A stretch of 64,000 bases of DNA, from positions 1 to 64,000 of IMG/VR virus record IMGVR_UViG_3300046492_000369; one strand, 5' to 3'. This DNA is from a virus. The notes under the pieces are model-generated. The model was not told where the DNA came from and made no database searches. It saw only the letters and a list, made by a program, of their open reading frames with translations. Shown here one piece after another: positions 8,704-17,794 of the stretch; positions within the stretch are counted from its first letter, which is position 1; each line of letters opens with the position of its first letter. The translations under genes were made by a program, and so were the position numbers.

Positions 8704-10865
8704 TGGCAACGATCACCTCTACCATCGGCACCGCCAGCCGTAATTATTCGACCCTGCAGGCTTGGGAAGATGCCCTGCCTGCCAGCGCAGTTGCGGCAGG
8801 CAATGACTACGTCGGTGAGGTCTACAAGGACAGCGAGTTTGTTGTAGCGCTGCCGCTGATCATTGCTGGCATCGTGACTGACGCGACCCACGGAATTACG
8901 TTGCGAGCAGCGGCGGGACAGTCGTTCCGTAATAATGCCAATGTGCGAACCAACGCACTGCGTTACAACGCGGCCAACGGTGTGGCGATTCGGGGCACGT
9001 CCGGCTACAACTCGGCCATTGAAATCCAGGGCGTGCACTATGTCACGTTCGACGGGCTGCAGATTGCCCACCAAAACAATGGGCGGGCGATATTCTCCTC
9101 GGGCGCGACGCCTGGTTCCAACACAACAGTGCAGAACTGCCTGTGCGAGGCACCCGGTTCTTTCGCGTCTGGACTGCGGATCGACGGCGCTAATGCCGTT
9201 GTGAGAAATACGCTGGTCGTAAATACCGGAAGCGGCCTTGCAATGCAGATGACCGGGGCAAATGGCAAGCTGCACGGCAATACGGTGGTCAAGACCGGAA
9301 CGGCGGCAGTAACAGGCATTCAGGGCAATTCGTCAACCGAAATCCGCAACACGGTTTCAGCCAACTTTGCTACCTGTTTCACCGGCATGACTGCGGCTAA
9401 TTGCTCGAACAATGCTTCGACCGATGCCACCGCACCTGGCGCAAATTCTAAGACTGCACTGACACTGGCGAGCCTGTTCGAGGCACCTGGCACCGATTAC
9501 CGCACAAAATCTGGTTCTGCGCTGATTGACGCAGGTACGGTCGTGGGCTTGGCGGTAGACATCAGCAACACCGCTCGTCCACAGGGTAGTGCCTATGACA
9601 TCGGCGCATGGGAAGTAACTGCACCAGCTACGTCTGGCTTTACGTTCGTCCGCAGCTCTAGTGCTCGAATCGATAGCGATACAGGGGCACTATCCAGTCC
9701 CGCTACCGCACTGACGGCGGGTAACCATGTGTTCGTCCACATTCGATGGGAAAGTGGTGATGCTGACCCCGTCATTAGTGACACGGCAGGTAATACCTAC
9801 ACCATTCTCCCGTCTAATATGTCGCAACGGGGAGCGTGTGGTCGTTGGTTCTACTGCCTAAACGCCAAGGGTAATGCAGCGAACTCGGTTTCTGTCACGC
9901 TGACGCCTGCACGTTTCTACCGATCTATCCGGGTGTTGGAGTTCTCAGCGGCCAGTGCTGCATTCGACAAGCAAGTAGTCGGTGATAACGGTGTAGGTGC
10001 CACGACAGTAGCCACCCCGGCATTTTCAACTACAGGTGCTGGCCTGGTACTGGTCGGTGAATCGAGCTATGACGGTGATGCTGGCAGCAATTTTGGTGCA
10101 GCCTACACCTCGCTGCCGGTATCGGTACCGTTCTCGAACGAAGCGTACTGGATCACAACAGGGCCGCTGACCAATGAGGTCATCACATTCACGGATACGC
10201 AGTACACGCAGCGTAACATCGAGGCTGTTTCATTTGTAGCTGCAGCACCCGGAACAAGTCTTACACCTGTTACTGCAGCACTTGCAGTCACGGGTTATAG
10301 CCCTTCCGTTGCACAAGCACGCAATCTTGCTTTGGCTAGCAGCACGGTAGCCACAACTGGCTATGCACCCAATGTAGCCCAAGCTACCCGGCTGAACATT
10401 GATACCGGGGTAGTGGGTGTCATGGGCTATGCTCCCAGCATCGCTCAAGCCAGTAATTTGAATCCACTCACCGGAGTGGTTGTCGCCACTGGTTTTGCAC
10501 CAAGCATTGCCCAAGCTACCAACCTCTTCGTCGATGCAGGAAGCTCGCCTGTACAAGGTTACGTACCTGCGATCGCTCAGGCAGTCAACCTGTTTCCGGA
10601 TACGGCAGCATCTGAGGTTACTGGTTTTGCACCTTCAGTAGCACAAGCCAGCAATCTGGTATTGCCTGCCACGACCCAGAATGTGACAGGGTATGCACCC
10701 ACGGTACAGCAGGCATCAGCTCCCCTTGTTCTTGCACCGGCCACAGTCAGCACATTGGGTTACGCCCCGGGTGTCCGACACAAACCAGTGTTGGTAATCC
10801 GTCTGGCTTCAAATGGTAAGCCGCTCCTACGTAATAACAAACCTGCGCTCCTCTACAGCAAATAA
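8703..10865 (+). CDS. receptor-binding protein: right-handed beta-helix, beta-sandwich domain, C-terminal 22-aa repeats
   Basis: YSTLQAWEDA start, Asn-ladder turns (VQNC, VRNT, HGNT, IRNT, SNN), SALIDAG...RPQGSAYDIGAWE cap (choice-of-anchor Q-like). Confidence 0.7.
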   Translation: MATITSTIGTASRNYSTLQAWEDALPASAVAAGNDYVGEVYKDSEFVVALPLIIAGIVTDATHGITLRAAAGQSFRNNANVRTNALRYNAANGVAIRGTSGYNSAIEIQGVHYVTFDGLQIAHQNNGRAIFSSGATPGSNTTVQNCLCEAPGSFASGLRIDGANAVVRNTLVVNTGSGLAMQMTGANGKLHGNTVVKTGTAAVTGIQGNSSTEIRNTVSANFATCFTGMTAANCSNNASTDATAPGANSKTALTLASLFEAPGTDYRTKSGSALIDAGTVVGLAVDISNTARPQGSAYDIGAWEVTAPATSGFTFVRSSSARIDSDTGALSSPATALTAGNHVFVHIRWESGDADPVISDTAGNTYTILPSNMSQRGACGRWFYCLNAKGNAANSVSVTLTPARFYRSIRVLEFSAASAAFDKQVVGDNGVGATTVATPAFSTTGAGLVLVGESSYDGDAGSNFGAAYTSLPVSVPFSNEAYWITTGPLTNEVITFTDTQYTQRNIEAVSFVAAAPGTSLTPVTAALAVTGYSPSVAQARNLALASSTVATTGYAPNVAQATRLNIDTGVVGVMGYAPSIAQASNLNPLTGVVVATGFAPSIAQATNLFVDAGSSPVQGYVPAIAQAVNLFPDTAASEVTGFAPSVAQASNLVLPATTQNVTGYAPTVQQASAPLVLAPATVSTLGYAPGVRHKPVLVIRLASNGKPLLRNNKPALLYSK
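10251..10781 (+). repeat. eight tandem ~66-nt (22-aa) coding repeats, consensus AxNL-x9-TG(Y/F)APSVAQ
   Basis: read directly from the translation of 8703..10865. Confidence 0.9.
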
Positions 10866-10873
10866 AGGCATAT

Positions 10874-13867
10874 ATGATCGAATTTCCTCTTAATCCTGCC
10901 GTCGGCCAGCAGTTCAGTGTCGGTACCAAATCCTGGGAATGGACTGGTGTAAGCTGGGATCTGCTGGCTTTCTCCACGGTGGAGTTGCGTCGGGTGGATG
11001 CAGCAGTAACCAGTGCTGAACAAGCAGCTACTGCAGCACAAACAGCAGCCGATGTAGCAGTTACGGCTGCAGATCAACTCGCTAATTTGACAAAAATCTC
11101 GGTAGGTCTGGGTAATGTAGACAACACGGCTGATGCAGACAAGCCAGTAAGTACTGCTGTTGCCACAGCATTGAGCTTGAAGGCTGATAAGTCCCAGATC
11201 TCCAATATCAACAATACCAGTGACGCCAACAAGCCAGTCTCCATTGCCCAACAGGCAGCTCTGGATCTGAAGGCACCTTTGGTATCTCCTGGTTTCAGTG
11301 GTGTACCGACTGTACCGACTGCGGGTGCTGGCACCAATACCCTGCAAGTAGCATCAACTCAATTCGTGACCAGTGCTGTGGCACAAGCCAAGGCTGATAT
11401 CGTCAACAGTTCACCAGCTGCACTGGATACGCTCAATGAATTGGCCACGGCACTGGGTAATGATCCGCAGTTCGCTACGACGACAGCTACTGCAATTGGT
11501 AACCGACTTCGTGTCGATACCGCTGCGCAGGGATTGACCGCAGCACAGCAAGGTAATGCTAAGGTGAACCTGGGGCTTGGGAACGTGGATAACACCTCAG
11601 ACGCCAACAAGCCGGTTAGCTCTGCGCAACAGACCGCGCTGAATGCAAAAGCAAATCTGAGCGGCGCAAAATTCACTGGCACAGTCAACAGCAGCGCAGG
11701 AATTTTCGCAGTCGGTGCGGGTAATGATGTTGCTAACGGCATCGGCCCAGGCGCTGTGTTCTCAACAGGTGCTGACGGCGCGGCTAACGTCTACCGCGGG
11801 TTCTGGTGGCAGTTGGGGGCAGCTGACCAAGCGCGCCTGTTCATTGGTAATCAGACGCAGACCGCATGGCGCAACCCAATCACGGTGGATACAGCGGGCA
11901 CTGTCGGTATCGGTGCTCCTAGTCCCACGTTGGGCGCAGGTTATTCAGGACTGCATATCAACAGCGACAGTACGCCCGGTACTCAGATTCACTTGACAAA
12001 CCCTACCACTGGAACAACTGCGGCTGACGGACTTACCCTATCCAATGATGTATCAAGTGCTTACCTGTGGAACTACGAAAACACTCCGTTAGTATTCGGC
12101 ACGAACTCAGCTGAACGGCTGCGGATTGCTGCTTCAGGTGCTGTCGGTGTCGGTGTAATTCCTAGTGCATGGTCTTCAGCCGCCCTACAGGTGAAAGCTA
12201 CTGGCATTACCGAAACCTCTAGCGGTGGCGAGTTCACCTATAACACCTACCAATCTGCACCGGGAACATGGAAAGCCATTGCGGCAGGTGGTGCAGCACG
12301 TTACGGGCAGGCTGGCGATCATCGCTGGTATGTGGGCAACGCTGCTACTGGTGCTGATATCGCTTGGACTCAGGCGATGACCTTGGGGGCTAACGGCAAT
12401 CTCTTGATCGGCACTGCGGTTGATAACGGCGCTGATAAGCTACAAGTGGAAGGATCGGTGTCTGCTAAGGGAATCGCGCTGGCCCATGCCCCCCTTACCG
12501 GCGTCAGTGTCTCTACTGGTTCCATGACACGGGAAGGGACGGTTGCGCGTTGTTACGTTGGCGACGGCACCGGCTGGTCCTGGGCATTTAGCAAGCGGGC
12601 CGCGTCTGCTACTACTGATCTGGTCACTATCAAGGACAATGGTGACGTCCTGATCGGCTCTACAATCGACAACGGCACGGACAAATTGCAAGTTACAGGC
12701 TCGATCAGGGCAAGTAACGGTAATCTTATCAATACTGATGGGGTCTATGTACAGACATCTACCTCAGCAAATGCATCGGCCCGTAACTTTGCGTTCGGTC
12801 AAATCTCCTCCTTCGGTCGCTTCGAGCTTACTGTAGGTAATGTCAAGGATGCCGACCCTACGACTGCTGGTATTCCGTTGATGAGCTGGACATCTTCCGG
12901 CAACGTCGGTATCGGTAATACAGCGCCTTCTTCCGCACTCAGCATTGGACCAGCAGTAAGTAAAGGAACAGCATTAGCAGAAACGATAACGTTCCCCGGA
13001 TACTCTACCAGTCCCCAATATCGACTCCTGATTAACCATACAGGGTCAGGGATATTGGGTATCGGCAGCGATGGCGCAGGATCAATGATCCTTGGTCGCG
13101 CTATCGACTTTGCCGGCACACCGCAGATGGAATACGCAAGGTTTGATGCCAGCGGCAACCTGTTGGTAGGGGCGACGAGCGGTAATAGTCACATCTTCGT
13201 TAAGCAAGTAGCTGAGGGACAGACCATTCTCGGGGTTCACAACGGGAGCAACTACTCATTCGCCGCATTCGCGGTAGCGAACATGAGTTGGAACGCCGCT
13301 GGATGTGCTGTCGTAACAGGTAAAAACGCCACCACTGACCGCTCGATCAACACCGCAGGCACCATCAACGCATCTGGCGCTGACTACGCCGAGTACATGA
13401 CCAAGGCTGAGGGCTGCGGCGTGCTGACTAAGGGCCAGATCGTCGGTGTCGATGCGGAAGGCAAGTTGACCGACAAGTGGGCAGAGTCGGTGTCCTTCCT
13501 CATCAAGTCCACTGACCCGTCGTATGTCGGTGGTGACGTGTGGGGCAGTGAGGAGGCGCTGGGACTGGCCTACCCTACCGACGAAACCAGTGAAACTTAT
13601 GCTGCTGATTTGGAAGCCTTCAATTCCGCGCTGGAAGCAGCACGTCAGAAGGTTGATCGAATCGCTTACGCAGGCCAGGTACCTGTCAATGTGCAAGGTG
13701 CCATTCCTGGTCAGTACGTTGTGCCTCAAGCTATGGCTGATGGCAGCATTGGAGCCCGTCTGGTAGGAGCTTCAGGGATCTCACTGCCGGAATACATGGC
13801 TGCTGTGGGCATCGTGCAGAACATCCTGCCTGATGGTAGGGCTAATGTCCGTGTGAAAGTCGTTTAA
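10874..13867 (+). CDS. long tail fibre with C-terminal intramolecular chaperone (peptidase G2-like)
   Basis: three GLGNVDNTxDxxKPVS-type repeats, PAALDTLNELATALGNDPQFATT, two G(N/D).LIG...DNG.DKLQV repeats, GADYAEY...AGQVPVNV. Confidence 0.88.
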   Translation: MIEFPLNPAVGQQFSVGTKSWEWTGVSWDLLAFSTVELRRVDAAVTSAEQAATAAQTAADVAVTAADQLANLTKISVGLGNVDNTADADKPVSTAVATALSLKADKSQISNINNTSDANKPVSIAQQAALDLKAPLVSPGFSGVPTVPTAGAGTNTLQVASTQFVTSAVAQAKADIVNSSPAALDTLNELATALGNDPQFATTTATAIGNRLRVDTAAQGLTAAQQGNAKVNLGLGNVDNTSDANKPVSSAQQTALNAKANLSGAKFTGTVNSSAGIFAVGAGNDVANGIGPGAVFSTGADGAANVYRGFWWQLGAADQARLFIGNQTQTAWRNPITVDTAGTVGIGAPSPTLGAGYSGLHINSDSTPGTQIHLTNPTTGTTAADGLTLSNDVSSAYLWNYENTPLVFGTNSAERLRIAASGAVGVGVIPSAWSSAALQVKATGITETSSGGEFTYNTYQSAPGTWKAIAAGGAARYGQAGDHRWYVGNAATGADIAWTQAMTLGANGNLLIGTAVDNGADKLQVEGSVSAKGIALAHAPLTGVSVSTGSMTREGTVARCYVGDGTGWSWAFSKRAASATTDLVTIKDNGDVLIGSTIDNGTDKLQVTGSIRASNGNLINTDGVYVQTSTSANASARNFAFGQISSFGRFELTVGNVKDADPTTAGIPLMSWTSSGNVGIGNTAPSSALSIGPAVSKGTALAETITFPGYSTSPQYRLLINHTGSGILGIGSDGAGSMILGRAIDFAGTPQMEYARFDASGNLLVGATSGNSHIFVKQVAEGQTILGVHNGSNYSFAAFAVANMSWNAAGCAVVTGKNATTDRSINTAGTINASGADYAEYMTKAEGCGVLTKGQIVGVDAEGKLTDKWAESVSFLIKSTDPSYVGGDVWGSEEALGLAYPTDETSETYAADLEAFNSALEAARQKVDRIAYAGQVPVNVQGAIPGQYVVPQAMADGSIGARLVGASGISLPEYMAAVGIVQNILPDGRANVRVKVV

Positions 13868-13892
13868 TCTATCAACAACAAGGATCTGAGCA

Positions 13893-14177
13893 ATGCATAT
13901 TCTTTCCATGGTTTCTTTGTTAGTACTGGCAATCCTGCAGCTTTGTGATGGTCTGCTTACTGCAAGAGTGTTGGCTCGTGGTGGATGGGAATTGAACCCT
14001 GTTATGCACTACCTAATGGATAAATTGGGTATCACTGCAGGGCTGATCCTACCTAAACTGGTTTTAACGGTGCTGCTCTGGCTTTACGTGAGTAATTATC
14101 CATTGGTGTTGGTGCTGCTCGTGATTACCTATCTGATCGTGGTAGTCCACAACTGGCAACAGTTGAGCAAGGATTGA
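13893..14177 (+). CDS. small membrane protein (DUF5658-like)
   Basis: LQLCDGLLT...GGWELNPVM motif, three hydrophobic segments. Confidence 0.7.
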   Translation: MHILSMVSLLVLAILQLCDGLLTARVLARGGWELNPVMHYLMDKLGITAGLILPKLVLTVLLWLYVSNYPLVLVLLVITYLIVVVHNWQQLSKD

Positions 14178-14309
14178 GTCACTGAATCTTGCGTTCTGTC
14201 CAGAAACCAACGATTTGTTTGACTTAATTCATTCTTACAGGCAACAATTCCTATGAACAAGGTAGAATACTCCGACACCATTTTTAACCTAAATTTACAG
14301 AGATTCAAA

Positions 14310-14537
14310 ATGCGAAATGTGAGTGCTCCCGAGTTCACCAGCTATGCCGGATCAGTCACTGCCATCGGCGCGTCCATGACGCTGACCAATATTGGCATCC
14401 TGATCGGTATTGTTACTGCACTGCTGACGTGTGCACTCAACATTTACTTCATGCGACGCAAGGATCAGCGGGAACAACGGGAAAGTGATGCCAGGATGGC
14501 ACTGCTGTCCCAGAAAGAGGATGTGGTTCATGGATAA
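14310..14537 (+). CDS. holin
   Basis: hydrophobic helix then charged tail (YFMRRKDQREQRE), directly before and overlapping the endolysin. Confidence 0.75.
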   Translation: MRNVSAPEFTSYAGSVTAIGASMTLTNIGILIGIVTALLTCALNIYFMRRKDQREQRESDARMALLSQKEDVVHG

Positions 14538-15051
14538 TGACACCAGCAACCGGCTCAGGGTGGCAGTGGCCAGCCTGGCTCTGTCTGCAGCAGGCTTCAT
14601 TGGCATCATCTCCAGCGAGTATTACACCGATAACGCCGTGGTGCCGACATTAAACGATCGGCCCACAGTAGGCTTTGGCTCGACCTACTGGGAAGATGGT
14701 ACACCCGTCAAGATGGGCCAGAAGATCACGCCAGTGCGGGCCTTACTAGTGGCCAAGACGCACATCAGCAAGGAGGAAGTGAGCTTCCGAAAGTCTTTGC
14801 CCGGTGTCGCACTGTCGCAGACCGAGTACGACGTGTACATGGATTGGGTCTACCAGTACGGCACCGGCGCTTGGTCCGGCTCCAGCATGCGCAGTCACCT
14901 CCTAAGAAAAGAATATGCAAGTGCTTGTGGGGCACTGCTGGCATATAAGTTCTCCGGTGGTTATGACTGCAGCATCCCCGGTAACAAGGTGTGTGCGGGC
15001 GTCTGGACACGCCAGAAAGCCCGCTACACCACCTGCATGGGGGCACAATGA
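14530..15051 (+). CDS. endolysin, GH24 lysozyme with probable SAR anchor
   Basis: ATG 14530 after GAGG; Ala/Gly-rich VAVASLALSAAGFIGII, catalytic E (SEYY), PTVGFGST, YQYGTGA, GVWTRQ. Confidence 0.88.
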   Translation: MDNDTSNRLRVAVASLALSAAGFIGIISSEYYTDNAVVPTLNDRPTVGFGSTYWEDGTPVKMGQKITPVRALLVAKTHISKEEVSFRKSLPGVALSQTEYDVYMDWVYQYGTGAWSGSSMRSHLLRKEYASACGALLAYKFSGGYDCSIPGNKVCAGVWTRQKARYTTCMGAQ

Positions 15052-15416
15052 ATATTCAAGGTCTGTTGATTGCGGTATTACTCTGGGTTGCTTCGATAGC
15101 TGGCTCATTCTTCTATGGTCAATCGGTAGGAACCGACCAGGAGAAGGTCAAGCAGACTGAAATCAAGCAAGCTATCGAAGACACCCGTGAAGTGGCACGT
15201 CAAGGAGCTGCAAGTGAAATTGCAAAAATTAAAGTTCGGAACACCACCATTCAAGGCAAGGTCACCACACTGGTCCGTGATAATCCTGTGTACCGCGATT
15301 GTGTCAATGATCCTGCAGGGCTGCAGCTCATTAACGAAGCGCTCACCGGTAAATCCAGTGGGACCGGACGCTACAGTGGTGATGGCTTGCCCACTACTGT
15401 CTCCCCTCTCCGATAG
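15048..15416 (+). CDS. i-spanin (Rz-like)
   Basis: ATGA overlap with endolysin, single N-terminal TM, helical periplasmic part. Confidence 0.75.
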   Translation: MNIQGLLIAVLLWVASIAGSFFYGQSVGTDQEKVKQTEIKQAIEDTREVARQGAASEIAKIKVRNTTIQGKVTTLVRDNPVYRDCVNDPAGLQLINEALTGKSSGTGRYSGDGLPTTVSPLR

Positions 15417-15507
15417 TTCCTTCGGAGGCACCGTGGCCAAGCTAGTGGAGGTAGGTAGCCAATACAACGAATGTCGTACTGCTGCCCTGGCTGGATTAAA
15501 AAAGTGA
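15277..15507 (+). CDS. o-spanin (Rz1-like lipoprotein); start uncertain, frame open from 15187
   Basis: overlaps i-spanin in +1 frame; lipobox LQGC, Pro-rich CPLLSPL, QYNEC. Confidence 0.75.
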   Translation: MIILCTAIVSMILQGCSSLTKRSPVNPVGPDATVVMACPLLSPLSDSSFGGTVAKLVEVGSQYNECRTAALAGLKK

Positions 15508-15727
15508 TTAGCCTCCTGTCCCAGATGTTGATACTGGTTAGTGAAATACCTGCCCAGCCTGAACCGAAAAGAATCACTGCAGCTGAGCCAGTATATCGGC
15601 CTCGCTGCAGCGAATGTGACGACGAAGGACGAGATGCCCGTCTTCCTTGTGAAGGGCATGACTGAATCTGGGAAAGGAGGTGATCTTATCTACACCGATG
15701 CCCCGGATGTTCTCGGGGCATTTGTGT
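15506..15727 (+). ncRNA. candidate structured non-coding RNA
   Basis: 15506-15526 pairs with 15666-15685 (19 bp); inner stems 15531-39/15586-94, 15540-44/15574-78, 15602-13, 15634-39/15654-59; terminator-like hairpin follows. Confidence 0.55.
15698..15727 (+). terminator. hairpin at the convergence of the lysis and rII transcripts
   Basis: ATGCCCCG-N8-CGGGGCAT then TTGTGTT. Confidence 0.6.
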
Positions 15728-15927
15728 TATTGGCGCACCAAACTGGCAGCAGGTACGGGAATGCAGTAAGCGTACAGGAAAGCTCCTCCACTTCTATCGC
15801 GGGATTGCTGTTGTAAGTCTGCTGCTGCAGCCCTACATGCCTGCCCATCATTCATCACTGCCAGTGTAGAAGGGGAAGTGTGACCCCCACTTGACCCAAT
15901 CAGAAGCCAGACAATTGCCTTGATCAT
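15727..15927 (-). CDS. small hypothetical protein, hydrophobic N-terminus, two Cys
   Basis: ATGA overlap with rIIB stop. Confidence 0.65.
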   Translation of the reverse strand: MIKAIVWLLIGSSGGHTSPSTLAVMNDGQACRAAAADLQQQSRDRSGGAFLYAYCIPVPAASLVRQ

Positions 15928-17783
15928 TTGGCTTCTACCAGCTTCAGGATCTGAGCAACCTGCTCTTCAGTCACCCCAAGCACCGTCCAGCTCTTCTTGG
16001 CCTTTTGCTTGATGGTCAGGATAGCCTGAGCTACACCAACCGAAGTAATCCCAATAGCCAGCATCTTCTGGATGCGTTCCTTGGGTCCACCTTCCCCCAG
16101 CTCGACACCATTAACGACACGCTTGGTCGATGCCATGACTGGTGCGTCATCCCGGGCATCATTCAAGACATCAGCACGGGTGTCTTCGCTACCGTCCAGT
16201 TCAACTTCCATGACCTGAGGTGTAGGCTTAACTGGCTTGGCTACTGTCGGTTTCGGGAATGGCTTTGGTGGTTTGGTCTTAGTACCTGGCTTAGTGGTAG
16301 GATCAGGAATGCCGAGGCGATCCCAGCCAACTTTGGCTGTTTTTTTAAAGATCACTAACGCATCCAGATCGTCACGGTGGCCACTAGCCTGCCACTTAGC
16401 ATACATGGCTTGAGCCTGCTCCTTACGGGACAGCTGTACCTTTTCTTCTTGCTGTTCGACCTCGGCCACCACTTCTTTCGGGTCAGTGGGTTGGTCCAGT
16501 GTCTCAGCTTCAGCATTACCGATCGCTTCCGCTTGAACAGGTGCTACCAAAGTAGCTTTCACCTCTAGCTTCATGGTTCCCAGCTTCTTCACCTGCACAC
16601 CGCCACCATGCTGTGCCGTGATACGCACTTCATGGGTCTTGCCGATGTGCTGACCGCTAAGTGCCTTAGCTAGCAGCTGCTTGCCATCTTCCAGCTTGGT
16701 GATGGGCTCATTACGATTTAGTAAGTTGTACTGTTCCTTGGTGAGCTCCGCGATGATGTGATAACCACAGACACGCATCTTGTTGGCGTCGTAGGTCGGC
16801 ACAGCGATCACGTCTTCCGGAGTCAGCTTGGCCAGTACGCACACGTCGCCATTGAAGCCCCTGATGTAGCCACGACGGGCCACATGCAGGCCGTTGGAGC
16901 ACTCGTTGTTGCGGTTGTGGTCCACCAGCTTCTCATCCATGCAGACGTAGGCCCCGACCCACTGTTCTACCTTCTGGGTATGGCAGTCCACGTACGTGTC
17001 CTTGCCATAGGTACGAAGTACCTTGTAGATCAGGATGGTGCCATCATCCGCGATTGGCAGGTCAGCTCGCTCCAAGAACTTGAGCAGGTCTTCCACCGAG
17101 TGACTGCGTTTGTCGATTACTGAAGCCAGCCGCTGTAGGAACGCTTCGACACCCTGAGTCGAACCGAGCTTGGAGGCCCGGGCGAACTGGGTCTTGATCC
17201 GTTCCATACCCGGGATGATGGTATCCCCTACCACGGCGATGATGGTGTCCGGTGCCGCAGCATGGACTTCATCATTGCGGTCATTGGGAGTTTCCCCATT
17301 GGCTTCCACCACATTGCCCTGCTTGCCGACCGTGACTTCATGGAAGTCTGGTGACGATACCGGCACAGCATGCTGCATGATCTCGGCCACGACAGACTGG
17401 GTCTGTTCGACTTTGGATGGCATCTTGGCAGCCATTACTGCTTCAATACTTTCCTTCGTTGTCGGAATGTGGCCGAGCGCCTGTTCCGGGACCACCTCTA
17501 CTGGCTTCGGTGTGAACAGGTTCTTCAGCCTTTCCTTGGCCACCCTGAAGAACTTGACCACGCCCCCGGATTTCTCCTCGAACTGGGCATAGCTGTTGTC
17601 CTCCGGTTGGTCGATGGCCACGTAAGCATGGTCCCTCTCGACCAGCTGGGGCGTGACGGCATCGACGATCCGACGCAGGCGCGGATCGCCTTGGGGAATG
17701 ACGATCGTACTGCCATCGTCCTTGTACAGAGTGAGATTGCGGGTATCGACCACTGCCGCAACGATACGAATGAGATTACTCAT
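15924..17783 (-). CDS. rIIB: rIIB-like protein
   Basis: FLERADLPIADDG.ILIYK, ECSNGLHV, DVIAVP.YDANKMRVC.Y; follows rIIA. Confidence 0.9.
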   Translation of the reverse strand: MSNLIRIVAAVVDTRNLTLYKDDGSTIVIPQGDPRLRRIVDAVTPQLVERDHAYVAIDQPEDNSYAQFEEKSGGVVKFFRVAKERLKNLFTPKPVEVVPEQALGHIPTTKESIEAVMAAKMPSKVEQTQSVVAEIMQHAVPVSSPDFHEVTVGKQGNVVEANGETPNDRNDEVHAAAPDTIIAVVGDTIIPGMERIKTQFARASKLGSTQGVEAFLQRLASVIDKRSHSVEDLLKFLERADLPIADDGTILIYKVLRTYGKDTYVDCHTQKVEQWVGAYVCMDEKLVDHNRNNECSNGLHVARRGYIRGFNGDVCVLAKLTPEDVIAVPTYDANKMRVCGYHIIAELTKEQYNLLNRNEPITKLEDGKQLLAKALSGQHIGKTHEVRITAQHGGGVQVKKLGTMKLEVKATLVAPVQAEAIGNAEAETLDQPTDPKEVVAEVEQQEEKVQLSRKEQAQAMYAKWQASGHRDDLDALVIFKKTAKVGWDRLGIPDPTTKPGTKTKPPKPFPKPTVAKPVKPTPQVMEVELDGSEDTRADVLNDARDDAPVMASTKRVVNGVELGEGGPKERIQKMLAIGITSVGVAQAILTIKQKAKKSWTVLGVTEEQVAQILKLVEAK

Positions 17784-17794
17784 GGGGCTTCCTT

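Noticed and set aside
15550-15630. Hammerhead ribozyme within the structured element
   Set aside because: CTGAACC and GTGACGA do not match CUGANGA with correctly placed GAAA and stems
15504-15816. Plus-strand ORFs 15504-15665 and 15541-15816 as protein genes
   Set aside because: No clear RBS; the longer one runs through the terminator into a convergent gene. Not called, but not excluded as an alternative to the RNA model
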